Below are positions 12,853 to 26,949 of a DNA stretch of 64,000 bases, one piece after another (position 1 is the stretch's first letter; every line of letters begins with the position of its first letter). A program made the position numbers and the translations under genes. The notes under the pieces were generated by a model. The model was not told the DNA's origin. It saw nothing but the letters and a program-made list of their open reading frames with translations, and ran no database searches. The stretch lies in the NCBI GenBank assembly GCA_024704765.1, contig JAKMXF010000299.1:1389460-1453459 (forward strand), read 5' to 3'. The stretch is from Oopsacas minuta (taxonomy: Eukaryota > Animalia > Porifera).

Positions 12853-14025
12853 AAAATCTCACGCAATAGTCCCATATATATTTTTAGTAATATGAGCGGA
12901 CCACAAACGGACTCGGATTCTTTTGAAATTTTGGTTGGAGAATTTCTAAATCAGTTTATAAAATTTCTATTTTAACCACACTAATCTTAGTAGACGCATA
13001 ATGCTCACATTGCAGAAATTTTTTCTAATGGAATATTTCCCCAATTTAATTAACATTTTCTACTATTTTATTCTTTGTTTTTCCTTTCCGATATTTTTCC
13101 AAATTCTTGGACTTAAATGAGGGGTATATTATCTCTCTAAAGGGCCTAGCAACTGAAGCGCGATAGAATTATCAAAATCCAATATTTGACTTCATTTCAT
13201 GCCTAGGTTTTCAGGTAATTTTAAGGCCTAGAAAATCAGTATTCGTTATTATGTTGGCCCAAACCTTATATTCTCTGTGTTCGGTTGATTTAACCGAATA
13301 ATATCAGTATTCGTTTACCTATCTTTAATGATTACTGATATTCGTTTCGAACTCTTTCAACCTTGCTCTTTACATACATATATTATTATGTCATGATATG
13401 GCACATTTTTTTACTTTATCACAGTGCATTTCTCTCATTTGGAATCTAAATTTAACATTATTGTAACTAATCTTCTCAATAATGCAGAAATACAACTCGT
13501 TTAAGTGGGGATATTATAAATCTACATACTGAGAAATCGTGCTTTGTGACAAATTTGTACCTGTTATAGTTTAACTATATTATAATAGCGATCAATCCGA
13601 CATTTCGACCACTCCTTAAACTTACCCTCTACTCTTATTCAATTTTGTATTAATTCATTTCAGAATATCTACCACCCTGACGTCCCTCTTTTTGAACGAA
13701 ACCTTATTTCAACCCAAAATACGACCAAATAAGTACTAATTACAATAAAATTTTCAGTATGCCGTTAATTGCATTGTTGGTACCACCCATGCAGTTATTG
13801 GTCCTGTAAGTAGTCAATCCAATTCTCACTGTATCCCACGATAAATTTCATTTTTGCATTTATTATCATTGACTTTATTTCGATCGAATCTATTTATTGT
13901 AATTGTATGTTTTTGTTAGTGTTTTTATAATCGTACATGCTTTAAATATCTGTCATTTTGTTGGTACGCGGAGAGACCTTGCTAAGAATGTACGCACTGT
14001 ATAGAGTTTGACAATCACTTTAGAA

Positions 14026-16209
14026 CAGGGGTTCTTAAAGCTTTAAACCCATGCATCCTTTGACCAATCTGTGAATTATCACGTCCCATACACTTCTTCT
14101 GACTAACAAATTGGAAAAACACAGCAATTTCTAATATATTTAATAATCTCAATATAGTAAAACAGCTCCATCAATGTTAAGGATGTAACTGTTTTCTTCA
14201 ACATGTCTTTTGATCCTTGGGATTGTCTCAGAGAGAGCACAACGCATGTCATTTTCCGTCCATCCTGTTGCGGTATCTATTCTTTATGTACACTAGTGCC
14301 GAAAATGCAGCTTCACGGAGATATGTTGAAGAAACCCCAACGATCACCCGCAAGGCTAGTAGACTGACCTTATTATATATTTCCAAATATTTGAGCCAGG
14401 ACTCCTCTAATGAAAGTCTGTTGAAATCATCCTTTGCAGAAGAGTTGGACTTCATCTCCAAAAACTCTTCCTAAATTTCCTTAGAGCCATCTTCAACATC
14501 AGTCAAAAAGGATTCCGGATGAGCTTCCATTATGAACTCTCTTCTTCAATATCTGGAAATAATCAACAGAATTCAGCTCTAAGCACTTGAAGATAAGTCT
14601 GAATTAATTGTTTTAAATTATCATCGAGGAGTTTATCATTGAGAGCCACATCAAGGTGTGAAAATGGTCCTGTATATTTCGATCTGAGATTCGACACTTC
14701 CATAAGTCCAACTTGGTAATAAAAGCTCGAATGGCATCGTCATGATAGATAATATTTCTCTTCTTGCCTCGTAGTTGGCGTTTGCGCTTGTTAAAGGCCT
14801 CCAAGATATCAACCAGGTATGCTAAATATAACTCAAGCTCCCCACAGTGTAAATAGCAAGGAGGTTAAATTTCTTCTGCTCTTCTAATAATACCTTAACT
14901 TCATCTTTTAATCCATAAAGTCTTCCTAGCATATTCCCTTTTGTAAGCCAGCGTACATTTGTGTGAAACAGTGATGCTTCGTGGTCTACTCCAATGTATG
15001 ACAGACGTCAATTATCGTGTATTCAGGGCCCAACCTTTTATGAAGTTAACTATCTTGATCATAGAATTGAGTGTATTCATAAGCTCGACTGGAAGGGTCC
15101 GTGCTGCAAGTGCTTCACGATGAATGACATGATGAGTTCCAACAGCTGAAAGACTCTTCCGTTTGATCTTTGTAACAAATCCAGAATGAGCACCTAACAT
15201 TGCTGGAGCTCCATCTGTGCAAACATCAACTGATCTGTCCAAAGAGAGATTGTTTCCTTAAACAATTTTGACACCACAGCAAGAACATTATCTGCTTTAG
15301 TAGTTGTCTCCATTGGGCAACATAATATCGTCTCCTCCTCCAGGGTCCCATTTCAATGAACCGTGCATATACAAGCAATTGAGAGCACTGAGATACATCT
15401 GTAGTCTCGTCACACTGAATTGCGAAGATGGCGAAGATCGAACTTTCTCCAACACCTGGATTTTAACATCATCTGCCATTTCATCAATTCGATACTTAAC
15501 AGTAGGGTCTGATAGCAAAATTTCGGATAACTTTTGGTAGCTATCCTCTCCAAGTACCAGCTTTGCTGCACTAAGAATGCAAGGCTTCACAAGTGTTTCA
15601 CTTTGTGTGTGGTTTTTTGTTCTTACAATTAGTAAAGAGATTTCGTAAGATGCCTCCACAACCTTCTTTAAACCCTGATGAAAATCTGCATTTCTGTCCG
15701 ATCTCACTCGTTTCAATGATATCGACTTCCCAGCGAAGTAGTCCTTTGACTTATTTAACAGATCTGAGTGAACTGTAGATAAATGTCTCTTCAAACGTGA
15801 CGGGCACATTGCATCATTGCACGATGTTTTGTAACAAATAACACACTGTGGCAGTTCGATACCATTCTTAGTAATTTTAGTAAATACATATTTGATGTGG
15901 TCATCCAAATATTTCCTCTTTTTACCACAGCTAGCCATAGATTTAGGAGGGTATGATATAGATTGGTATTGTCTATTTATCGGGATTGAACAAAAGATGT
16001 TATGGATTAAACAATATCATATGTCATCACCATTGCACTTTTTGATTTCGTCATTATGTCATCTAAAACCATACGCTTTGAAGAAGTCATGATTGAACTA
16101 AATCTGTTACTATTCTATAATTGATCACTTTGCATTTTCTAGGAGTATTACACCCCCTACATGCCATTATGCCTCAGTAGGGGGGGTGCCCCCAGTTTAA
16201 GAACCCCTG
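14026..16209 (-). mobile_element. hAT (Charlie/Buster, ZBED5/8-like) transposon, defective
   Basis: TIRs CAGGGGTTCTTAAA / TTTAAGAACCCCTG. The 8-bp TSD CTTTAGAA / CTTTAGAG matches at 7 of 8 positions. Frameshifted transposase fragments include a BED-like PQCVICYK...RLKRHL, VCTDGAPAMLG...HHVIHREALAA and a C-terminal STYLREAAFSAL. Confidence 0.95.
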
Positions 16210-16566
16210 CTTTAGAGCGTCTATTCGTCATAACTAGACTCCATTTGAGGAGGAGCCGAAACCTGGATCACACGATAGGCTCTGAGCAATCTTTATAAGG
16301 AATATTTTCACTGTTCATTGGATAGTACTGTTAACTCGGAGTATATATTTTCAACAATATTCTTTGTATTTAGATCATATCTCCTCAGAATCATCCTTAC
16401 CATTTTACTAATCCTGAAAGTTACATATGCCATCACTGAAAAGTACTAAATAACAATTTCGCCAACATGTAAGTAACATGTATCACAAATGTGCGCCCAA
16501 TATTTGTTTTTCTTAGTACAATAGTATTTTATTGGGCACCACGTCTATATCTCTTGTTTCTAATAG

Positions 16567-16751
16567 GAATTGCAGAAAAATTACAGAACAAGGGAAGCAG
16601 AACGAAGAGAGATGGAGGGTATAGTGAAGCAGGAGGCTCTGATATTACAGACAAAAGGAATTGTTCCCAGACTCAAGGATCTATACATTCGTCCCACTGT
16701 TGATACTAAAAAATTACAGGGAACAATTGAGGCACATACGAACGGATTTAG
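16567..16751 (+). CDS. SPT16: FACT complex subunit SPT16, internal exon (first in window)
   Basis: taatag|GAA acceptor and AG|gtttgt donor. Encodes ELQKNYRTREAERREMEGIVKQEALIL...PRLKDLYIRP...KLQGTIEAHTNGFR, matching the SPT16 conserved block (human [20 protein letters not shown]...PKLKDLYIRP...GSLEAHVNGFR). Confidence 0.95.
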
Positions 16752-18102
16752 GTTTGTTGATTGAATTTTAAATACTGTAGTAGCCAGTACTTACCAGCTT
16801 ACTTTTGTAACTACACCGATATGTCAGTTTTTTATGCCCTTTGGAATGTCTTTTTTGATTTATCTATTTCAGAAATAAGACTTCTCATCAATTTTTTCCC
16901 AAGGGTCGTTGTATTCCGATCGACAGTTTCTTATTTATATATTTGTATTATGCTACCACGTTTCGTTTGCTTTCTCAATATGCCACGGCGATATTTTCGG
17001 CTCTTGTGATTCGAAATTATCTTTAATATACAACAGCCAACTAAGCTTCAAACTGGAATTCACGTTCAACTATGTAATACTATCGGGAAAAGATACCATC
17101 TAGAAACATTTTTCCGACAAATATCCGAAATATGATATAGAGCGTGACAAAAAGATCTAGTTATTCCATAGAATGATTAATTAAAATAGTTTTGGATTAG
17201 AATTTGTATAATAACTACCGCGCTTCACTTGCTAGGTCGCCGCGACATCTTAGTACCTCGGGTTAGCATAAGTATTAAATAGCTAAATTTTCTTGATGGT
17301 TCAGGTCGACCAGCTATTGTACACGGCGATTGTAATGTTGTATAATATTAGAGCTCGGAAAGTTGGGGTGAAGAGTAATAAAGCAACCAATAATAATGAG
17401 AGGCCAGTTTTTAACATCTTATAAAAAGTTAAATCGACCCACCATAATAAGGGGATTGAACATTATTTTCGTTGTGAGAAAAATTTATGGAATGTCTGCC
17501 TAAATAGTTCAAACGGCCGTGCTTCATCTCGTTTAGGCGCATTGATATCATGACATCAAAATTCACATAAACGCTCATCGATAAGTGATTTTTTATACTT
17601 TTAATTCTGATATTTTGATGAATTAATGACCTCAATTCATTGTAAAGCATCCTCACATTTTCTCTAGATTCGATTTTTGATCACTTCTTCGTATCAACCT
17701 TTTGGAAATTCATTGATCTATTCTTGATAAATATGCTTCTTTCCAATTCCATGGTATTATTTGAGAAATCTCTCTTCCGATAATCTATCTTTAAACATGG
17801 TTTACCATCAGCATATCTTGGTTGGTTAATTTCTGTTATGAGATTTAGGCAGCGAGACTCCTCCTTTTTGTTCACTGCTCTTTACTTTTCTATCTTTAAG
17901 TTATAGTAGTCACGGTCTCGAATAAGAGTACTTCTATTTTCTGGGAATTTTGTTAGTAATTTGTTGATTAATGTTGAGTCTTAATGGATAAGTTCGAGCA
18001 TACGGCTGTCGCACCGCTAGCTGATCAAGACATTCAAATGATTTGTAATTCTGTACTGTATTATGTTATATTGGCTTTCAGTAATATACAATAGAATCTG
18101 TA

Positions 18103-18540
18103 TAGTCGGAACTCGGATAATTTGATATCGGCTTAAACGGGATAAAAGTTTGGGAAAAGATTTCTTACATAGAAAAATCATCGGATAATTGAGATATCAA
18201 ATCGGTTAATTGGGATTTTTATTCTGACTAACTGATTAAATATTTATTCAAAATCATTGTAATGTGGTTTGTTTTTAAAACTGAGAATTTTAGTATTCCA
18301 CGACCATAACAATACCACGACGAATCGATTACAATTTACAAACAAAGTTATAATAAATCTGCTCACTTCCTATAGACATCAGGATTTTGTAGTAGTGTAA
18401 TAACTTATCTCTGGTGTTGATCTGCAACTATGAAAACTAGTTTTGGATACTTAAATATATCAAAATCGGTTTTGGGACAATCGGTTAATCGGGGCAAAAC
18501 TTTAACTCCCGAGCTGTCTCGATTAAGCGGCTTCATCTTG
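18103..18540 (+). mobile_element. Tc1/mariner (pogo/Tigger-like) MITE, older copy A
   Basis: Homologous to, and in the same orientation as, copy B at 49999-50482. TA-flanked, with degenerate ends. Confidence 0.7.
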
Positions 18541-19961
18541 TAATTTCAATGTGATATCTGATCTATTTTTCACTTCTCGATTGGACTTTGTATTTTCAAA
18601 ATTGATCAATTACAATTGCAATTTCAGCTAATTTGCAATTGGCTGTTATGTAGTTTATGGCTTCCAAAAATCATCGAAGTTGCTTAAAAATCAATATCAA
18701 AGGCATTCTATCACTCAATACTATTTGAGGATATACTCTCTACAACTTTATGACTGACTAGTATTTAGACGCTTCCGTTTCTCGCATTGCGCCTTGCGAA
18801 CACTTTGTTCTCGCATGCAACTTCGTAACTCGAATTTGTAAAGTGTAATATAGCAAAGTTTATTGATAATGTATTAATTCACTTTAATCTTTATACTTTT
18901 TCATACAAACAGCAAGATATTTCAGTTCAGAAACTTTACAATGCGGAATTAGGATCCAACATACTTTGTTACTCCCTTGTGTTAAGAACAAGTCTATGCT
19001 TATATTTTTGATTTTAAATAATTGTTAAAATCACAAATCTACATTGTCGAAACCAGAAATATTTGATTTTGTGTAGGCAGAGCGATGATTAGACATAACT
19101 TTCGGATAAGGGACATGATTATAATGTCGACTTCTAAAAATGTACTCAAACTTCCTATTCAATAGATGAAGATACATTGTACTAATTTATGATTAAGTCG
19201 ACTACCAAATCTAAACCCCTCAACCCCTAATCACCCCTCCTAAACCTTAGCCTATACGATTAGCAAAGTTTATTTGAGTTATCGAACTATAAACAATTCT
19301 GTACGTTCTTGAAGGTATACATCTGAGATATAACAGAAAATATAGCAGTTTGTTGGTCGTCCTCCTGTTAATCATTGTCAGGAGCACTGAGGTAATTAGG
19401 TTGTGTAAGCAAATATATCCGACATACAGATCCATTTGTGTCCAATGTGTTTACAACGAACAGTTTACTTCCTACCATTCGACAGTATAAATCTATACTC
19501 ACATCTTGTACTACGTCCAGATTATGGAGATTATCTACTAAAGATAGCATTTCCATAACTTTAGACACAAACCGAAAATTGGATATTTGCGAAATGTTCT
19601 GATTGCTGAATTTTAATCATATTAATAGCATTTGAATCTCTTTATTTATTTGTATACTTCCAAATTATTCCTAATTCAACTTTGAACGAATAGAGTCATC
19701 TTACTTTGGAATTTCTAAGTTTACAATTTGCACACGACATTGTCTCTCAAATACTTCTCTGCACAATTTCAAAATTATCTCATTTTTCTTTTGAAGTTTG
19801 TTGCCTAAGGCCATCACCAAATTGTGTCTGATAATCAAATTCCTGAAATTACAGAGAGCCATATTTGGGTTCTTTCTTGCAATTATGATTTCTAGACTTT
19901 TGATAGAAATTCTGATATACCTTCAAATGTTTTGCTTTAATTATTCTATACTGTATTTTAG

Positions 19962-20249
19962 GTACACATCACGCGCTGGCACTAAACTCGACATCCTATA
20001 TTCAAATATTAAACACGCATTCTTCCAGCCATCAAAGGGTGAAATGGTTGTGATAATACATTTCCATCTTAAACATCCTATTTTGATTGGGAAAAAGAAA
20101 AATACTGATGTACAGGTATTTGCTGAAGTAGGAGAAGGCATGTCAGATTTACATAGGGCACATTATATGCATGACAGGGATGATGAACTTGCCGAACAGA
20201 TGGAACGTGAGGAAAGAATGAAAATGGATGCTTTGTTTAATAATTTCAG
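19962..20249 (+). CDS. SPT16: FACT complex subunit SPT16, internal exon (second in window)
   Basis: ttttag|G acceptor and AG|gtatgt donor; 288 nt, phase 2-2. Encodes [58 protein letters not shown]...[14 protein letters not shown]. Confidence 0.96.
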
Positions 20250-20809
20250 GTATGTTGTTATTATTAAACCGTATAATGATTCATTCTACATGAATCTGTC
20301 AAACATTCTTCATTCATGATCGCTCTTTTTTATAATTTCATACATCATGACATATATATATCTAGGCAAATTCAGGTGCTGTCGGGTATTTTATTGTTTA
20401 TATAGAATACAATACTAATCTATTTGGGATTCACGGTTTGGACTCAGAACATGTTTTTGCACTGTTGTCTAATTTGAGAACAATTATATTCGTGGAAGTT
20501 GAATTTACCGAATAAAATAATGAGATTTTCTAAGCTAAATAATGTAATACTTATTCTCTTATATTGTCCAAAATCTATCATTAAAGAGTCTCCCATAATT
20601 CACATCATCTGTGATTACTTTTGCCCGATCTTATGTTAACACAAGTGTTGTGCTCATTATCGAATTCCCATCGATTTCTATACCGCACAAGCGGGTTTGG
20701 CTTGCTATTATTTGAAGTCTCGAAGAGCTCCGATCTAGATGGTCCTCTATCCTATCTAAATATATTTATTTAGCAGTAAAATTACGCTGCTCAACAAAAA
20801 TGATAAATG

Positions 20810-20830
20810 TGCTGCTGCTGCTGCTGCTGC
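20810..20830. repeat. (TGC)7 microsatellite
   Basis: Directly visible. Confidence 0.9.
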
Positions 20831-20949
20831 ACGCACTTGCGCCACCTGTAGCGCGGCAGGTATTTTGTCCTACTGTTGTATAATTTCTTTAGTCCGAATT
20901 TGATAAAGGCTAATAGATAGAAATTGATTGACTATGTCCAGAAATCAAA

Positions 20950-22650
20950 ACAGTTAATTGAAACAAAGGAGTGAAAGCAATAGTAGAGTCCCTATACATA
21001 TTCAGAATTACACCCAATGGATTGTATTACGCCTAAAGATCGTCTAGTAATAAAGTCTCCAATTTTCCTGTGCAAGTATCTTGCAGTTATCACAAACAAT
21101 AGCCTCGATAATCTCAAAAGGTTCATATCCAACAATGGCAAAGATACACCCCAAGAATATTAAGCATAAAGTACCAAACAAACGGAGGTCGCACAGCGAC
21201 TACTTGAAGTTCGAAACTTCTTCATCAATCTTTCCTTTCTATCCTGGATGATTTGGTTTCTTTGTCCACTTGTTATTAATATTTTAATTCATTTCAGGCT
21301 ATTCAGAGATTTAAAACGATTGAAAGATGATCTACAATTTATGGGTCCATTTACATCAATTGTTGTCTTAGGACTTAGATTTAGAAATCAGAGCTCTACT
21401 AGTGTTGCTTTTATTCCATGAAGCTTGGTTTAGCGACTTGATCAGTCTACTTTATAAAGGTTAATCTATGAGAGGGGAGGATCCAATTTAGTTTTGTAGG
21501 ATCTTCCACAGTTGAGGACTGGGGAAAAGATTATAAATTTTATTGTACAAACCGAAATTAGTGACCCCCACTTCGCAGCTTCCTGCAAAATTGGTACAAC
21601 AAAGTTTTAGACATTCATCTTTTATCCATATACCACAAGGAGAGTGTGAGCATAAATGGTTTATTGTATTCAAATGTTTTTATGTGTCATTGTATTTGCT
21701 TGGCATGTTGGATGCATTATCTGAGCCCTACCCGCCACAATCAGTAATTTGTATTCACCCCATTTCAAATTTTCAAGAATTACTTGTGTAATTTTTCCAG
21801 ATTTCTTGCAGCAATCAAAATCTAAAAGATTTCTTCTATTGTGAAACTCTCATCATCTTATTTCCGCTGCCCAGGATGATTGTTTTTGTTCTTATGGCTG
21901 GCTATTGGATAGGTCATCTTCCAACGTGGCAGTGATGGCCTGGACCCTGGCTCTAGAGTTTTGTAAGTAGGTACTCATCAGTTGAAGAATATTCGATAGC
22001 ACACCAATTTTGTTAGTGGTTGCTAGTCTGTCTTGCTACACCAAAATAAGTTGATTATGTTGTGTTATCTGTTATTGTTTTTAAGAACTGCATTGTTTTC
22101 CTTTTGCTCTATGATCTTATCAGCGACTGATAACCATCAATGTAATAAATATGTGGACATAGTTTGCCAAATTATTCAATTTCGGCTACCCTTTCTAATT
22201 CTCTTGTTTCGCACAATGATTATAGTTTGCCGACATTGGTGTCCTGCTTGGTTTTAAATAACTCTATTCGTTGTAATTTCCTCCAATTACTTGTTAACAG
22301 GGATGTTGTCAACGTCACTGCTTTTATAATATGAACAACTGGAATTTTACTGGCATGAACCAAGTTCAGATTGAGTGCATGGGCAGATCAGTAGTAGTAG
22401 TCGGCGTTTTGGCAGTAGTGCTTGAGGATGAACATGTACCAACAGGACTAAGACTCAGATTTTATAACACTAGCACTATGTATCTTTACCTAATAACTGC
22501 TTTCTATTTGTCACACCTTTTCACTGCTTCAACAATAGTGGTGCCAATAACTTCCCAAGTTAACCTCGGATCTTGATGTGACTGACCTTTGGTAGTCTTC
22601 CTCACATCACTATAAAAGTTTTCGTCTCTTCCTTCGGATTCTTTAGTTAT
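20950..22650 (-). mobile_element. Highly decayed hAT (ZMYM1-like) transposase remnant
   Basis: Minus-strand peptides DFDCCKKSGKITQVILENL, GSDNASNMPSKYND...NTINHLCSHSPCG and GSCEVGVTNFGLYNKIYNLF correspond to hAT GQGYDNASNMSGKY...C..HSLNL motifs. No TIRs were found and the boundaries are approximate. Confidence 0.72.
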
Positions 22651-22682
22651 TTCCCTACCGTAAGCTTTCTCAAGTGCATATA

Positions 22683-23970
22683 CAGAGCACCCATAATACT
22701 GTTACTGATATACTATCTAACAATATTTGTATTTCATATGGAAATTCTTTATATTATTATGCTATAATTCATTCTAGATCTTATACTCTAAGATATTTAT
22801 TCATTAAGGCATCCGGACACTAATCAACGATTTTTTACTGATTAGCAATGGAACTTCGGCGAGCAGCTGTTATACAGCTTTATGAGGTGGGAAATTCCAA
22901 GGTCAAAATCGCTAAACTACTGTTAACGAATAAGATGTTCATAAACCGGTCATTGTCCCGCTACAATGATACCGGATTGATGACTGACAGACGTAGACCT
23001 GGTCGCCCGCGAACTGTAAGGACCTTTTCTATGATAAGTCGTGTATCTCAGAGGATCCGCCGAAATCCCTCAAGAAGCATCAGAAAAATGGCCAAGGAGA
23101 TACAAATTAATAGGGAATCAATGAGAAGAATTATATGAAGTGACCTACAGTGAAAGCCTATAAATTGAATAAGTGCCAGCTTCTTAGCGAGCAAAATAAG
23201 ACCAAGCGGGTACAGAGATGTAAAGAATTGGTTTCGTGTTTCAAAAACCACGCCCATAGAGATATCCTCTTCTCAGATGAGAAATTGTTCATTGTAGAAC
23301 AAGTGTTAAACTCCCAAAACGATAGAATCCTTGCTACTGCAAAATGCTCTCCATAAATCCACTTTCCAGGTGTCTAGGGCTAAAAAGCCAGCTTCAGTAA
23401 TTGTGTGGGGAGGCATCACATTTGATGGTCGGACACGCCTCGTTTTCATCCCCCAGGGTCCAAAAATCAATCAAACAGTATACGGTGATTTGATACTGAA
23501 GAAGGTTGTCAAACCGTGGGCCAAAAAAACATTATCAAAATAGAAAATGGGTATTCCAACAAGATTCAGCACCTGCTCATAAAGCGAAAGCGACACAACA
23601 GTGGTGCAAAGAGAATTTCTGCCGAAGAGTGGCCTCCTTACTCTCCTGACATTAACCCTCTCGATTATCCAGTATGGTCCATTTTAGAGAGCAAGGTCAA
23701 CTCTATAAACACCATAGTATTGACGAGTTAAAGAAAACCTTGTCTCGAGAATGGAAGAATATTCCAGACTGTGACATTCGTTATAGCGTGGACTCCTTCC
23801 CTACTCGTATTGTTAGGTGTATTAAATGTCAAGGCAGTATATTCGAATGATACTTGAAATATATTTTCTATGTAGAGATTCTGACAATTGGTAGAAATTT
23901 CGTGTCAACAGCTCAATATTATATATTTTATGCATACAACAATTGGTAACAGTATTTATGGGTCACTCTG
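22683..23970 (+). mobile_element. maT-type (DD37D) Tc1/mariner transposon, defective
   Basis: TA-flanked TIRs CAGAGCACCCATAATACTGTTAC / GTAACAGTATTTATGGGTCACTCTG. Transposase from 22848 with LFSDEKLF, VIVWGGI, QQDSAPAHKAK and EEWPPYSPDINPLDY; it carries stops and frameshifts. Confidence 0.9.
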
Positions 23971-26099
23971 TACAAATGCTACGAAGTTTTCTCGGATAGA
24001 TTTTCTATCTTTGTCATAATATCGGTGCAAACAGCTAATAGTTCAGTTGAAGAAATATCTGTTGTCTCATTAGTCATCGCAATGTAGAATCCCGCCTATT
24101 TCATTCGCGATACTATCTAGTTGCTCAACTCAACACCAACACGAGCTGTAATTTTAGTCTGTATTTATCCTGACTTGTATCTAGAGCATGTTAATCCATT
24201 TGAATAAACAAACTGATAGGGATTTACTCACTGATCACATTTATGAGTTGGATTATATGTGTTTGATAAGGATTCATAAGTAAGAGAAATTACGTACCAT
24301 TCGCATATGAAAACAGGTATATTGGAGTAAGTATGCAAATATTATAATATGCAATCTCTATGTCTACAAATGATAAATTAATCCTATTAATTTATTATAT
24401 GACAAGGCCTTGGAACTGGAACAGATAGGCGTAGCTTATCCGCAAATGGCGCTCAATTGGCCTAGATCAGTGTGATGGGCTAGCTACGCCCCTGAAAATA
24501 GCGTTGGAAATGTACTCGGACATATTCAGAACTCAAAGAATATTATCGGTGGTATGTATACTGCAATAAGTAAATATTATAACTTAGGTAAATTAATCAA
24601 CCATATTCTTTGTATCACAAGGTAAAAATGGAATTACAAATGGAACCTTGAAGTTATGGTTGACTAGAGCAGCTGCGCACATGCTAGACGTAAATCTTGT
24701 GGTGTAGTTTCGCAGGTTTTCAAATTCTATATACTTTTAATGATCGAATATATGATGGGCATTTTACGGAAAATGATAGTGATCTTCCAATCTATCACTA
24801 TTTACAAAATGATCAACAATCCTCCAATCGTCTACAATAGATCACGATCGTGATCGACGTTCAATTATCGCATGATACTAATGCCTACTTACTAGTTGAA
24901 TAGATTTTTCTTAATTACATCGCATATGTGTACATATATACCCCATCCAGCCAAAGGTATTCATCCATACCCACAATATATATTCAAATGATACAATAGT
25001 GAGCCTATTCTTCATGTCAATATAATAAAATATCATAATTCAAAGGTTACTTGGTATCAAATTACAATCTACGTATTCTGATAAAGGAGTTTCTAAGAAG
25101 TTCATGAAATACTCACTGATACATTTCAAAACTTCTAACACATTGTTACTTAGTGAAACATACCACCATATGTGTAATGGTTGTAATTAGTGCCAAGTGG
25201 CACAATGTCTAAACAGTTACAGTTTATCCCATTTTCATTTAGTATTTAATATGAAGTATATACACTGAGGTACAAATACGTAGAATGCAAATAAGACATG
25301 GTATATGCTATAAATCTTACAGTGATAATGTGTTGGCCCCCCAAGGCTAAACAAGATTCGCACTATTCCTATGGAAATATAGCGGTGGATGAATAATTTT
25401 GTCTCTTATGTATTTCGTCAAACCCGTCTCGCCTATCAGTCAATTCTCACTAGCATTACTAAAGCGATTGAAAATTTAAACAGTAATGGCATCAAGAAAA
25501 AGAAAATTTATAGAGTTGATTCTTGTTAAATGAAAGAAAATATTTGGGTGAATACTTTGGTTTTGGATTCAGTCTATCGCGAATTCACTCAAACAAACCA
25601 GAATGTATTTATTGTAGTGTTTTGTGTCGTATGATACTATGATGTCAACTAAATTAATACTCCACGAAGCCAGTTAAATTAAAACCACAGGAATCGGGTC
25701 ATGCAAGCTTTAACTTGAAACTAAGAGTTCTTTGAGGTTTTCAATATATAGAATATTATTTGAGAATTCACATGGTGCTTGTACGGGATACAGAGAAAGG
25801 CGACTAATTACCTAGAATGGTGATATACACCATAATTGGCAATTGGAAATTATATACCAATATATATGAATTTATACTCAAGATACTTAGAGAACAAAGA
25901 GTAAGAGAAACTCTGTTAGCTCAAATTAAATAAGGTATAACCAAATTGCACTTCAATAACATCAAGTATACACAAATCAACTTAACGACAGACATAATAA
26001 CTAGAGATTTTAATCATGGGACAGATGTACAAACCAGAGGTTTTAATCATGGAGTTAGAAATCTAGATGAATTCCTCAGTGTAATAGCACATAATTTGC

Positions 26100-26900
26100 T
26101 TATCCTACAAATATATCTCTTTGATAAAAATGTTTTATTATATTACTTCTACTTTTCCTTTTTCTCACATATTTACCAATTTAGTCTTATGTATACTTGT
26201 CATTAACATTTACTCTTTATTTTTCTATTTAATTCAACGCATTGTTTCCATTGAAACTAGACTAACCTATGATTCTTGCTTTTGTACTTAATGTTCGCTC
26301 ATATTTATTTCGCTTCACTCTCACCTTAGTACAGGTTTGTAGCCGGATATTGGTAGAACAAGTCTTCTTGCTCAATGCCAGGAAGTTCTTAGAGTTGAAT
26401 GTTTGTATAAGTTCAAAGTTTGGGCTTCTGCGGCGCTAAGTAGAGATGGAAACCTCGTGTTGCAATGTGCCTTTTCTGACTATATATAACAACAGATTCT
26501 TTGTTGATGGCCACCAGAATATTAGATAGAACAAAGGGAGTTACCAGAAAATACTTCCAAATAGGAGCATCCATTCAAAAGTTAAGAGAAAATGCTTAAA
26601 GGTTCGGATGAAAACCCTTTCCCTCTCGGTCCGTTGATACATCACAACATTAGGACTATATATGGTAGTGGTTAGCTTTACTCACAAAAATTTCAAATCG
26701 TAGATTTACTACACATTTGTAATACATTTCGAATCTCTAAACATCAATTACTATGCTTTTAGCCTTGACTAATGGCAGGAATTCGCAGAAAATACCGATT
26801 CCTGCATTTTTTCTAAATATGTTACTTTCAGAATTAGTGAATATACCTATCCAACCTCAGAAATATTGTGCTCAGACATTATAGGAAAAATACGTAATTA
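26100..26900 (-). repeat. Left arm of diverged inverted repeat flanking the Academ-like element
   Basis: The reverse complement aligns by eye with about 30790-31335 (for example 26761-26808 vs about 30842-30888). The outer part 26130-26320 matches 31385-31545 in direct orientation. Confidence 0.75.
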
Positions 26901-26949
26901 CTCGTATTCTTTATCTTCTATAATATTATTTTTGTCTCGATCGCTTATC

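Noticed and set aside
1-16566. Search for the SPT16 exon preceding 16567 (expected …YLRINF…KEITYR…AFRIIK-like)
   Set aside because: No matching reading frame was found by eye, so it is presumed to lie upstream of the window. A very short or divergent exon could have been missed.
17429-17900. About 150 codons in one minus-strand frame with a single internal TGA
   Set aside because: No recognisable domain and no splice or start context. It could be a decayed fragment but cannot be called.
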